Of a stretch of 64,000 nt of DNA, positions 13,761 through 26,700 are shown piece after piece. Each line of letters begins with the position of its first letter. Position 1 is the stretch's first letter. The DNA comes from Octopus vulgaris. Lineage: Eukaryota. Position numbers and translations under genes: made by a program. Under the pieces are notes generated by a model, which saw only the letters and a program-made list of their open reading frames with translations, did not search any database and was not told the DNA's origin. The stretch spans positions 15,562,001 through 15,626,000 of the forward strand of contig OX597834.1 in NCBI GenBank assembly GCA_951406725.2, given 5' to 3'.

Positions 13761-14004
13761 ATCACGTGATCACGTGACCGACCAGACCATCAGACGTTGT
13801 TACACATCGCTGGTCACAATGCGTTCACATTGTTTTAGCCTTCGAATGACGCCACCCCGCTGGCTAAGCGAGCAGGCCAACAGAAGAAAGAGTGGGAGAA
13901 AGAGTGGTGAAAGAGTACAGCAGGGATCAGCACCCTCTGCCGGAGACTCGTGGAGCTTTTTATGTGTTTTCGCTCAATAAACACACACAACGCCCGGTCT
14001 GGGA
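13761..14004 (-). mobile_element. SINE family C, 5'-truncated
   Basis: Reverse complement of 9820-10052. Confidence 0.88.
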
Positions 14005-14117
14005 TGCATCGCAATCATTAACATTTATGTATTAACTCTGTTGGGTACTTCACTAGCAGTATATTGGATATATGTTATCCCATAGAAGGTTGTATTTACA
14101 ACCCCTATCTCAATTTG

Positions 14118-14180
<63 letters not shown>

Positions 14181-14309
14181 CAAAATGGGACAGAAACGCA
14201 AAACATCCGGAGAACTAGGTGATAGAAAAAGGGACAACAAAACATCCGGATAGACGATACAAAAAAACGGGTCATTCGAAGCCTTTTATCCTCAGTCAAG
14301 GTCCGAAAT

Positions 14310-14490
14310 GTTGGGGGTGGGGCCAGTCGATTAGATCGCCCCCAGTACGCAACTGGTACTTAATTTATCGACCCCGAAAGGATGAAAAGCAACGTCGACC
14401 TCGGTGGAATTTTAACTTAGAACGTAAAGACAGACGCAATACTGCTAATCATATCGCCCGGCGTGCTAACAATTCTGCCAGCTCGCCGCC
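14310..14490 (-). mobile_element. SINE family B variant
   Basis: ctggtacttaatttatcgaccccgaaaggatg...tctgccagctcgccgcc. Confidence 0.85.
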
Positions 14491-14733
14491 TTTCAACCTG
14501 AGTATATTGAAGCAAACCTTGTAGCTGTTGGCCGTATTTGGCGTCTCTTTCTAGCATATAGGAACAGCGCCCTGAATTATGATTATATTCTATATAATTG
14601 TATACCTTTATATTAATTTTAACTAAAAGTTTATATGTGCTGGCCACTGATATAATTCATTAATTGTTAATGATTGTATCCTTTATTTATGTATACACAC
14701 ACCCACTCACTAATATATATATATATATATATA

Positions 14734-14935
14734 TTTTACATACAAAATTTAAAGGACTGACCACTAAAAGTGGGCGGTCAATATGCTAGATATAGACGTC
14801 AAAATCGCTATTTTCCACGTGGTCAGTCCTTTAAATTTTGTATGTAAAAAATATTTTAATCTTCGGATTTTTTTAATATGCTAGGCCACTGGTTTTAATT
14901 GATTAATATCAATTTCTACCCTTATTCAATTTTAA
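14734..14935. mobile_element. (TA)n-embedded element fragment with a 31-bp perfect inverted repeat
   Basis: TTTTACATACAAAATTTAAAGGACTGACCAC at 14734-14764 is inverse of 14819-14849; right end resembles the 35141-family terminus. Confidence 0.7.
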
Positions 14936-14970
<35 letters not shown>

Positions 14971-15468
14971 GTTCAGCAGTTTTTCAGTCCTGTGATCAAT
15001 ATTCAGAATTTCCTAACCACACGCATGTCTCTCTTCATCAAATTTACTTAGGATGATCCACATAACATGAGTGGATCCTTCTTTCATAATATATTTACTC
15101 AATGAACATGAAGTCTTCAAGTTCGATACCACACCACGTATTTTACCACGATTTCGGGTGATCCAGGGTTTTCCATGTACAGTTGGGTATAAGAAAACTG
15201 CGTGGAAAACTGTTTTATAGCTGGTACCTGTAATTCAAGCGGCCATCCTCGTCAGTAATTGTGTCATGCTAATTCAGTTTGCAAGTTAAGCTAAGAGAAT
15301 ATTTTGAGGCAGAAAGCCCCGTCTACAACGAGAATTAACTAATATGGAGTTCAGTTGTTCGATCAAGCGAACATTGATCGGCGAAACCAATTGAAAATAC
15401 ACCATATGGATATGTGTGTGTGTCTGTACGTTTGTGGGTATGTTTGTATTTGTATCTTTGTGTATATA

Positions 15469-15513
<45 letters not shown>

Positions 15514-15546
15514 GTATATGTTATATGTATGTGCATATTGTGTATG

Positions 15547-15582
<36 letters not shown>

Positions 15583-15751
15583 TACAATATAATTATATTG
15601 TATATATACAATATATATATAATATTGTATCTACAAACACTTTACATATAATGTATATTCATATATTTATATATATACATATTATATATATAAATGTATA
15701 TATATATATATATTTGATATATATAAATGTATTTTTATATATATATATATT

Positions 15752-15790
<39 letters not shown>

Positions 15791-15843
15791 GTATATAAAT
15801 ATATACACATATATTTAAAGAGAAATGGATATAATAAATATGA

Positions 15844-15877
<34 letters not shown>

Positions 15878-16003
15878 TGTATGAGTATGTATATATCACG
15901 AATAAAAATAAACACACACAATAATATATATGAATATATATTACGTATAATGCATATATGCAGATATATATACATACATGTGATCACACATGCATACCTA
16001 CAT

Positions 16004-16067
<64 letters not shown>

Positions 16068-16654
16068 GTATATATGTATATATATATATATATGTAATTA
16101 TATCATCAATCACATGTAATATCCCTTGAGTAATCTAAAAGTAATTTTCAGTTTGCAATGTTCCAATGAAATGTCCAGGAAGGTCGTTAGCTCTATAAAA
16201 TATGTATCAGGAGAAAAGAGAAACTGTTCCGATAACATAACTACTATTGCCGCCGTCTTTTGCTATAATTCAATTTGGAATTCGTGCATAACGAAATCTC
16301 ATTTTGACCAATGCTAATTTTTAATTTTGTTGCCGCGATATATGCTTGCAGTAAGAGATTTTAACTGAATTTCGCAGAAGGTCAGTTTTCACTATGGATG
16401 GCGATTACAATGGCTGGTTGTTGGAGGAAATTACTGAATTTATTCCAAAGTTGAAGTGATACATAATTGTTAAGAATTGTATCATTTGCTGTTGCTGCTT
16501 TTGCTTTCTGCTTTTGCTTTAGATTAGCCCCAGGCCAGACCCTGATCTAGCAAGTCTGTGACCTCCAAGGATCAGAATGTTTCTGGTTGTGTTCGTTTCT
16601 ATTTTTATTTTACAGGCCGTGGACTTCATTTTCTTATCAAATATTTCTTTAGGG

Positions 16655-17310
16655 CAGCGAGCAGGCAAAAACGTTAACACATAGGACCAAATGCTTAGCG
16701 GCATATTGCTGTTTTTACATCCCGGGTTCAAAGGCTTCCGAGATTAATTTTCCTTTCCATTCTCTCGGAGTTGACTAAATAACTACTAGTCGAGCAATAG
16801 GGGCGATATAATCACTTTATCCCTGCCACTAAATTTACTGACCTTTATAGATTTTTCTGTTTATGTCAGCGCACTAGCAGAAGGGTCAGCATATCAGATC
16901 AATTGCTTAGCAGCCTTTCTTTCGGCCCATTATGTTCTGAGTTCGAATTCCGTCGAGGCCGACTTTATCTATCATGCTTTCAGGAGGCGATAAAATAAGT
17001 ACTGGAAACGGTGAAATCAACGAACTTCTACCCCCTAAAATTGCTGGCATTGTGCAGAAATTTGAAGCGATTATATATTTCCTGTTTTTAAGAAAGCATT
17101 ATGTGAATTGGGAAAAAATAGGGATCACTTGTACCAGAGTGCTTATCGGAAATTCTTTTGGCCCTTTACGTTCTGAATTCAAATCTCACCGAGGTTGACT
17201 TTACCTTTTAAAGGTCGATAAAATAAGTACTAATTAAGCACTAGGAGTTATGTAATTGACTATTTCCCTCTTCTGAAAATTGTTGGGTTTTTGCCAAAAA
17301 TTTGAAACGG
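16655..17310 (+). mobile_element. Three old, tandemly arranged SINE B-like relics
   Basis: Repeated gttctga.ttc.aat...gagg..gacttt...cgataaaataagtact..aaaattgctgg..aaatttgaa. Confidence 0.65.
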
Positions 17311-17740
17311 TTAAATATTTCCTGTCTTCAAGATAATATCGTGTAATTTGAGGAAAAACTTGGCTGCTTTGTTTTAGCATTTCACAGATGATGAAGATCA
17401 GTAGCTTCTAATTCAGGATGTAGTTTCCTTTCTAAGGGACAGTGAGCTCGCACTGTTGCGGCAAATATTAAGGGAGAGAAACAAGGATAGGTGGTGGTCT
17501 TTTTTTCTTAGATATAAAATATTTAAATATTTACATATTTAAATATTTAAATAGAATACTTATTGTTTAAACATGCTTTCAAACACTTTTTTGCCAAGAT
17601 TACTCTATAAACAGAACATATTGTAATGAGTGACCAAAAAACATGACTGATGACAATAGAATAATCAATTCAGGTTGAGAATATTCAGAGTGAAGAATGC
17701 AAGTATGTGTGTGGCGTGTGTGTGTGTATTATGTTTGTAT

Positions 17741-18100
17741 TCTTTTATTTATTTCAGTCATTTGACTGCGACCATGCTGGAGCACCGCCTAAAAGTGTTT
17801 TTAGTCGAACAAATCGACCATAGGACATTCTTTTAAAGCTTAGCTCTTATTCTATCGGTCACCTTTGTCGAACCGCTAACTTACGGGAACGTAAACACAC
17901 CAACACCGGTTGTCAAGCGGTGATGGGGACAAACACAAAACACACACACATATATATACGACGGACCTCTTTCAGTTTCTGTCTACCAAATCTATTCACA
18001 AAGCTTTGGTCGGGCTTAGGCTATAGTGGAAGACACTTGCCCAAAGTGCCAAAGAGTGGGACTGAACCCGAGGTCCTGTGATTGGAATGCACGCTTCTTT
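17741..18100 (-). mobile_element. SINE family A (diverged)
   Basis: Colinear with 195-602. Confidence 0.85.
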
Positions 18101-18141
18101 CCATACATCCAAGCTTCAAAGCAATCATATTCTCATCTAAA

Positions 18142-18565
18142 ATGGAGACGTGTAAGTGATTCGCTCGAACAATTGTGGAGATCTCTGTTACGTGAAACCA
18201 TTGGTTGTTTTGTTAAAACAAAAATAAAGAATATTTATCCACGAAAATGGTTTTGAGAATTCATTCTCAATGTTCAATACTAGCGTGCATGTGTGTGTGT
18301 GAAGGGGTGTATTTGTGTGTGTGCGTGTGTGTTCGACCGCGCGTCTGTGTATTATACTTTATTTGTAAATTAGCAAAGCAATCAGTTGTATTGTCAACCA
18401 AGATGGAGACGAGTACAATCGTTCCAAAGTGACTCGTTTGAACAATTGTAGAGATCTCTACCACGTGAAACCAGTGGTTGCTTTGCTTTGTTAAGACAGC
18501 AATAAAGAATATTTATGCACAAATACGATTTTGAGCACTCACTCTCAATGTTCAATACTAGCGTG
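18142..18565. repeat. Old tandem duplication of about 150 bp unique sequence (18142-18287 and 18403-18565)
   Basis: ATGGAGACG...GAACAATTGT.GAGATCTCT..ACGTGAAACCA...AATAAAGAATATTTAT...CTCAATGTTCAATACTAGCGTG occurs twice. Confidence 0.85.
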
Positions 18566-19445
18566 TATATATTGTGTATGTGTTTGTGCGTATGTGTGTA
18601 GGTGTGTGTATATATTGTGTATGTGTTTGTGCGTATGTGTGTGTATATATTGTGTATGTGTCTGTGCGTGTGTAGGTGCGTGTGTATATACTGTGTATGT
18701 GTTTGTGCGTATGTGTGTGTGTATATATTATGTGTGTGTTTGTGCGTACGTGTGTGTATGTGTGTGTATATATTGTGTATGTGTTTGTGCGTATGTGTGT
18801 GTATGTGTGTGTGCATATATTGTGTATGCGTTTGTGCATAGGTGTGTGGGTATATATTGTGTATGTGTGTCTATATTGTGTATGTGTTTGTGCATATGTG
18901 TGTGTATGTATGTATGCATATATTGTGTATGTGTTTATGCATAGGTGTGTGTGTATATATTGTGTATGTGTTTGTGCGTATGTGTATGTGTATGTGCATG
19001 TGTATATATATTGTGTATGCGTTTGTACGTAGGTGTGTGTGTGTATATTGTGTATGTGTTTGTGCGTATGTGTGCATGTGTTTATATATTGTGTATGTGT
19101 TTGTGCGTATGTGTGTAGGTGTGTGTGTGTATATTGTGTATGTGTTTGTGTGCATGTGTGTGCATACATTGTGTATGCGTTTGTGCGTATGTGTGTGTGT
19201 ATATATTGTGTATGTGTTTGTGTGTATGTGTGTAGGTGTGTGTAGGTGTGTGTGTATATATTGTGTATGTGTCTGTGCGTGTGTAGGTGTGTGTGTATAT
19301 ATTGTGTATGTGTTTGTGCGTATGTGTGTGTATGTGTGTGTATATATTGTGTATGTGTGTAGGTGTGTGTGTATATACTGTGTATGTATTTGTGCGTATG
19401 TGTGTACGTATGTGTGTGTGTAAGAGTGTGTGTGTGTGTGTGTGT
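18565..19445. repeat. Microsatellite-derived minisatellite, about 30-45 bp unit (TATATTGTGTATGTGTTTGTGCGTATGTGTG...)
   Basis: About 20 recognisable units. Confidence 0.9.
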
Positions 19446-19620
19446 TTTCTCGTGTGTATGTCTGTGTATTCACAGGAAGAACATTTGATGTTATATATAT
19501 ATATAAGTTGTTGATGATGTTCGCTGATGATGTATTCACGAATTGTATTTACAACAATAATATTTAGAGAATGCTAGACAGACATTCACACATATGCACA
19601 CAACACACAGATTTCTCGTC

Positions 19621-19681
<61 letters not shown>

Positions 19682-20049
19682 GGTGCGAACATAAGTACGT
19701 GCATGTGTAAACGTACGTATACAGACGTTCATAGAAGTACACACCGAGAGGAGAGATATAATGAGAGATACGTATACACACAAACAGACTCGTGTTCATA
19801 CAAACACAGATGAATTATATATGTTATGAATTTTAAAAATAATTTATTAATACAGTTGGACAGCGGAATCAGTGTACGCACAAATGAACACAGACATTAA
19901 CGTACACTCATACACGATCGCATACATTGACTGAGACACATACATATATACACACATTTCCAAGTCCATTAGATCTCTTTCCTTCTCTTTAACCTCCACT
20001 CTCTCTCTCTCTCTTCCTCTCTCTATCATACACACACACTCACACACAC

Positions 20050-20109
<60 letters not shown>

Positions 20110-20113
<4 letters not shown>

Positions 20114-20339
20114 CTTTACTACCCACAAGGGGCTACATACAGAGGGGACAAACAAGGACAGACACACGGATTAAGTCGATCATATCGACCCCAGTGCGTA
20201 ACTGGTACTTAATTTATTGACCCCGAAAGGATGAAAGGCAAAGTCAGCCTCGGCGGAATTTGAACTCGGAACGTAACGGTAGACGAAATACAGCTACGCA
20301 TTTCGCCCGGCGTGCTAACATTTCTGCCAGCTCACCGCC
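20110..20339 (-). mobile_element. SINE family B, full length
   Basis: Colinear with 7611-7836. Confidence 0.9.
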
Positions 20340-20427
<88 letters not shown>

Positions 20428-20476
20428 TTTACATACAACCGGACTACTAATCATATATGATGTAAGGATTCACACG

Positions 20477-20520
<44 letters not shown>

Positions 20521-20538
20521 GCGTTACGTATATCCTAT

Positions 20539-20842
20539 ATCACGTGATCACGTGACCGACCAGACCATCAGATGTTGTTATACATCGCTGGTCACAATGC
20601 TTTCGCATTGTTTTAGCCATCGAATGACGCCACCCCCGCAGGCTAAGCGAGCAGGCCAACAGAAGAAAGAGTGGCAGAAAGAGTGGTGAAAGAGTGCAGT
20701 AGGGATCACCACCCCCTGCCGGAGCGTCGTGGAGCTTTTAGGTGTTTTCGCTCAATAAACACTCACAACGCCCGGTCTGGGAATCGAAACCGCGATCCTA
20801 TGACCGCAAGTCCGCTGCCCTAACCACTGGGGCCATTGCACC
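20539..20842 (-). mobile_element. SINE family C, full length
   Basis: Reverse complement of 9762-10052. Confidence 0.9.
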
Positions 20843-21148
20843 TCCTATTTATGTATGTATATATGACTGGACTAGACTCCGTGACAGACGTATTATACGA
20901 ATGTATATACTTATGCATACATGCATTCATACGCATCTACATCAAGATTTATATTTACACATACACACACAAACACACACACACACACACACATACACAC
21001 ACATACACACACACACATACAAACGCTTGAAGACAACGTACCACCGTGAACACTGAACTATTAAAGGAACGTAATAATATTTTCGTGAATTGTTATTCGT
21101 ATTCAACACTGATCCCTAAATCTATTGAAACCTAGAGACACATATTCT

Positions 21149-21538
21149 CTCTTTTATTCTTTTACTTGTTTCAGTCATGTGACTGTGGTCATGCTGGAGC
21201 ACCGCCTTTAGTCGAGCAAATCGACCCCAGGACTTACTCTTTGTAAGCCTAGTACTTATTTTATCGGGCGCTTTTTGCCGAACCGCTAAGTTACGGGGAC
21301 GTAAACACACCATATTGGGAGGGACAAACACAGACACACAAACACGCACATACACATATATGTATATACATATATACGACGGGCTTCTTTCAGTTTCCGT
21401 CTACCAATTCCACTCACAAGGCTTTGGTCTGCCCGAGGCTATAGTAGAAGACACTTACCCAAGGTGCCACGCAGTGGGACTGAACCCGGAACGATGTGGT
21501 TCGTAAGCAAGCTACTTACCACACAGCCACTCCTGCGC
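21149..21538 (-). mobile_element. SINE family A
   Basis: Colinear with 195-602. Confidence 0.9.
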
Positions 21539-21642
21539 ACACATAGAGACATTTATTGACACTTATGCACGGAAACACAAAGTGAACAACTCTATACATT
21601 GGTGCAAGTAATAACGAATGACTCTACGTACGTGTGCCAATA

Positions 21643-22190
21643 TGCGTAGGAGTGGCTGTGTGGTAAGTAGCTTGCTTACCAACCACATGATTCCGGGTTC
21701 AGTCTCACTGCGTGGCACCTTGGGCAAGTGTCTTCTACTATAGCCTCGGGCCGTCCAAAGCCTTGTGAGTGGATTTGGTAGACGGAAACTGAAAGAAGCC
21801 CGTCGTATATATGTATATTTATATATATATATATGTGAGTGTGTCTTGCTCCAGAGCATAACACGCAGTCCGGTCCGGCAATGGAACTCACAACCTCACG
21901 ATCGTAAGCTCGACGCTCTAACCACTGAGCCATGCGCCTTCACGTATATTTCTCTGTGTGTGTGTTTGTGTGTTTGTGTGTCTCCGTTTGTTCCCCTAAC
22001 ATCGTTTGACAACCGATGCAGGTTTGTTTACGTCTCCGTAACTTACCGGTTCGAAAAAAGGAGACCGATAGAATAAGTACTATGCTTACAAGAAAAGAAT
22101 AATTCCTGGGGTCGATTTGCTCGACTAAAGTCGGTGCTCCAGCATGGCCGCAGTCAAATGACTGAAACAAGTAAAAGAGTAAAAAGAGTA
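21643..22190 (+). mobile_element. SINE family A with an antisense family D head (about 21845-21938) inside its central microsatellite
   Basis: A 5' half 21643-21806, A 3' half about 21955-22190; insert is inverse of 54993-55080. Confidence 0.88.
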
Positions 22191-22229
22191 AAGATGTGAA
22201 ATGTTTGAGAAATATTTACAATAGTTGTA

Positions 22230-23040
22230 TGGCTGATTAAAATTTATCATGAGAGAATTCTGTTGGTAGGATATTAGCTCACATTTAAGGATTAGGATGT
22301 TGTAACTGTAGTAAAGAATTGTTCTCTTACATATATTTAAAAACAGCAAATTCCGGATGATGGCTTGTTGGATCTAGCTCAGTCATTAACGTATCAAGTA
22401 TTAATATAGCGTACGGTATTTGAATTCTTAAATGTCCACTTATAGATTGATAAACTGGTGGCGAATTTTTTTTTAACATAGATGTTGGCTGAGGCTTAGT
22501 TTAAGTTTGTTAGAAGTTGAGCTTATATAATTGTTTTTCTTTAGCAGATTGTTTGTTATCTTGCTTGAGAGAATAATGTATTTGTAGGTATTTTTGAAGG
22601 GAAACTTTTTTCTGCTACCACGGTAGCGTAGTTTTGCGGTTGTTTTCGAGTTTTGTGCTTTTAGCTATTTGTGGTTGATAACCGAGAATGTTTTGGTGAA
22701 GCTGGAAGATTAGGAGTAAGAAATTTTGATGTGTTCATGTTGAAGATGGAGTGGTTCTCTGTGCAGCAGATAAGTATAATGTAATGTAACTAGGTATGGG
22801 AAGGTTTTAGCTTCAGACATGGCTACTCGTAAGATAAACAGCTGGAGTGGGGTTGTACGAAATGATCAGACGTTGTATATATTTCGGAAATTGTTTTGTT
22901 GGTTTTTAACGCAATGCATCGGCTTTACTTCTTATTCTTCCTGGAGCCATAACATTGTTAACGTTCAAAGGTTTAGTTGATGTAATAGACACTTCTTTCT
23001 CAAAATGTGTGACTTAGGATCTACAGTATTGTTTCAATCA
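22230..23040 (-). pseudogene. Heavily decayed Penelope-like retroelement ORF (RT-EN linker and GIY-YIG endonuclease)
   Basis: Manual minus-strand translation gives, in order: IISYNP (about 22850-22866), IFNMNT / IKISYS (22713-22748), NYISSTSNKLKLSLSQH (22482-22532, YIGxT..LK.R..QH-like) and ATSLSIYKWTFK..KPSSGIC; many stops and frameshifts. Confidence 0.65.
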
Positions 23041-23059
23041 TTAGATTGTGGTCATACTA

Positions 23060-23632
23060 AACATTGTTTGGTGGGGTTCGCCACCTGTGCCCGACCTTTT
23101 AGGAATAGCTTCCTCTCGGCCCATTGCTGGGTGAGAGTGTCCACTCTGGTCGTTATTTCGCCCCAGTTCTCCATTTGGAGGTACGGAGCAATTTAACCGG
23201 TCCGTCGGTCCAGTGTCCCACAATAGATACGCTGTTGGACGCCATAGGATTCTTCTCCAGTTGCCAAGCCGCAAGTCCACTGACTTGTCCCGGTTAATTT
23301 TTGCTCCCGTTACTGCTTCGTATTCTTTTAATGTCTCGCCGACCAGGTCGATGTGCTTGTGGCTCTACACTATGACAGTGACGTCGTCCGCGTATGCAGA
23401 CACGCTCCTCTTGCATCCAAACTCTGGTGGGATGCCCCTCAGCGTCGCCAGCTTCCGCAGTAGTGGCTCAAGAGTCAATACGTACAGAAGCAACGAGAGG
23501 GGGCATCCTTGACGAATCGAAGGCATGATCTTGATTGGTCTTGATAGATGCCGCTGTATAAGGCACCGATCCAACCGCGAGAGATGGGACCAAAACCAGC
23601 CGCCGTAAGGACAGCCTCCAAGTAATGATGGT
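23060..23632 (-). mobile_element. L1/Tx1-clade LINE reverse-transcriptase fragment
   Basis: [42 protein letters not shown]; stop and frameshifts present; abuts (GATA)n. Confidence 0.88.
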
Positions 23633-23634
23633 TT

Positions 23635-23669
23635 ATAGATACATAGGTAGGTAGGTGATTAGATAGCTG

Positions 23670-23738
<69 letters not shown>

Positions 23739-23848
23739 AATAGATAGATAGATAATAAATAGATAGATAGATGGATAGATAGATAGATAGATAGGTAGAT
23801 AGATAAATAGATAGATAGATAGATAGATAGATAGGCAGATAGGTAGGC

Positions 23849-23884
<36 letters not shown>

Positions 23885-23912
23885 TGATAGATAGATAGAT
23901 AGATAGATAGAT
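23635..23912. repeat. (GATA)n microsatellite
   Basis: Direct reading. Confidence 0.95.
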
Positions 23913-24509
23913 ATGGATGAGTGTATATGATACAAAATTGAGTTATCACAATAAATTTCTCCTAATCGTAATTGGAGATACAGACAGAGAAATTTACCTA
24001 TTATTAATGTAATTAGAGTGACCCAGACAACGTGTTTAAACACACAAACATATATATGTGTACGTATCGATGGGGGTATGTGTATATATGTATGTATGTG
24101 CGTGTGTGTGTTTGCGTGCGTTCGCAATGCGAATTTGAGACGTTCATTTATTTCACAAATAAAACAAATTATCCTCATTTTTTTTCTATCATCAACATCA
24201 TCACCATAATCATCGTCATCATCATCGACCTCATCATACCCTCCACAATATCACCGTTAGCATCATCATCGTCATCATCATCATAATCATCATCCTCATC
24301 ATCATCATCGTCATGTCTGTTTATGACTTTACAGACGAGCGGGCACAAATAAGAATACAATATCAGTTTTCCTTTGTAGCAATCTTCAAATGATTTTAAA
24401 TAATATTTAATGTGTGTGTGTGTGGATGTGCGTCCGTGAACGTGCGCATGCGTGTGAGTGTGATAATACGTCTTTATATACGGTTATATGTATTATCTAA
24501 CTCTCTAGC

Positions 24510-24544
24510 TATCTATATGTATGTATATATGTATGTATGTATGC

Positions 24545-24602
<58 letters not shown>

Positions 24603-24727
24603 ATATATATATGTGTGTATATATGTATGTATGTATATATATATATATGTGTGTATATATGTATGTATGTATGTATATATATATATGTGTATGTATGTAT
24701 ATATATATATATATGTATGTATGTATT

Positions 24728-24760
<33 letters not shown>

Positions 24761-24777
24761 ATATATATATGTATATG

Positions 24778-24824
<47 letters not shown>

Positions 24825-25250
24825 AGACAAAAGATATATGACATTATACATGTGTGTGTGTGTGTGTGTTTGTGAGTGTGTACATTAAATAAATAACCTA
24901 GAACACACGCACCGCACACACACACTGATGTATGATGTTTGTATATGTATGTATACATATGTGTATATATTTATGAATATTATGTAAGTATATGTATATA
25001 TATATATATATACATAAAATAATGTAATTATGCATAACGCACATATATATGAATATGTGCGGATAGATAGATAGACAGACAGACTGATAGATAGAGAGAG
25101 AGATAGTCTTTTTTGCTGTTCACAATTAAGCTAAAATTGTTGACAAAATAAACAGAATACATCGTGGAAATTAGAAGAGTTGAGAGACAAATACAATCAC
25201 AGGGCACGTTTTCTTTTCTGCCTAGACAATGACCTCATTTAACTATATGC

Positions 25251-25302
<52 letters not shown>

Positions 25303-25314
25303 TTATTAATACGG

Positions 25315-25360
<46 letters not shown>

Positions 25361-25392
25361 TATGTATAATACATATATACATATATACATAT

Positions 25393-25449
<57 letters not shown>

Positions 25450-25454
25450 CATAT

Positions 25455-25530
<76 letters not shown>

Positions 25531-25545
25531 GTATATATATGTATA
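24510..25545. repeat. Cluster of (TA)n/(TATG)n microsatellites
   Basis: Direct reading. Confidence 0.9.
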
Positions 25546-25944
25546 CTTGCTTGTATATTTTAATGACTTGGAGGCTCACGATATTTTGTATGCAACAATA
25601 ATACGCTACAAAGTAATATTAAATACTTTTATAAGTCAATGTTGTGTTCTATTGTGCTAGCAGTTCACTTTACAGCTCTTTTAAAGGTTATCTCGCCAGA
25701 TTTCCTATAGAAATTTTAGCCAGCAACTGATTCTGTTACCACGTTTCGTATCCGAGATGCTCCATGTACGCAAACAGTGACATCAAGAATGAAAAAAGAG
25801 TAATCGGCGTATATGCCATATTTCGAGAGGTTTTGCTCCTTCTTCACGACCCATCCAATCTATTAATTATCCACGACCTTATAGGCTTGAACAGCCATTA
25901 AATATAGCAGTGTGACGTCATTGGATATACGAATATAAAAATTG

Positions 25945-26325
25945 TAAGCTACACCAATGCTAAAACTGGACGACACTGCATAGTGCCAAAGATCCCAGCA
26001 ATGCCATCCCGCTTCAGGACCAGCTACTGCAACAGCCTGGGTTTCAAGGACCCACAGCTTTTTAATATTCTCCCAAAGAGTCTGCGGAACTTGCACAAAG
26101 TAGATGTAGCGATTTTTAAATCAAAGCTGGATATCTTCCTGTCGAGAGTCCCAGATGAACCTACCTCATGGCAAGAGGTGCAAATGAGAGTAGCTATATC
26201 AAACTCCATTCTTCACCAAGTGCCACATATTAGACGAGGTTCCTCGTAATAACAATGTAGCACAAAACGGCGGTGCATCAGCATGGCCGCAGCTCTGAGC
26301 TGAAACAAGAAAAACGAAAAAAAAA
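25945..26325 (+). mobile_element. 5'-truncated CR1-group LINE (ORF2 C-terminus plus 3' UTR), same family as 897-1855
   Basis: GRHCIVPKIP..YCNSLGFKDPQLFNILPKSLRNL..FKSKLDIFLSRVPDEP; tail GGCGGTGCATCAGCATGGCCGCAGCTCTGAGCTGAAAC plus A-rich end. Confidence 0.88.
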
Positions 26326-26445
26326 TATGAAACATTCCTGGAAGCTAGTGTGTAAATATCACTGACCTGAAGGGACACCGTATTTTGTTATGCAAGCATA
26401 ATATTCTATAAAGTATGTTAAACGTTTTTATAAGTCAACCTATAA

Positions 26446-26599
26446 GCGCAGGAGTGGTTGTGTGGTAAGTAGCTTGCTTACCAATCACGTGATTCTGTGT
26501 TCAGTCCCACTGCGTCAGACCTTCGGACTACTACCGCCTCGGGCCGACCAAAGCTTTGTGAGTGGATTTGGTAGGATGGAAATTGAAAGAAGCCTGTCG

Positions 26600-26631
<32 letters not shown>

Positions 26632-26700
26632 TGTACGTGTGTGTATATGTTTGTACGTGTGCGTTTGTCTCCCCACCATTGCTTGCCAACCGACAATGAC
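26446..26700 (+). mobile_element. SINE family A, 3'-incomplete
   Basis: gcgcaggagtggttgtgtggtaagtagcttgc...gaaagaagcctgtcgt. Confidence 0.85.

Noticed and set aside
14270-14300. Hammerhead-like CTGAGGA...GAAT on minus strand in a (TA)n-adjacent insert
   Set aside because: GAAA box and stem II are broken; too degenerate to call.
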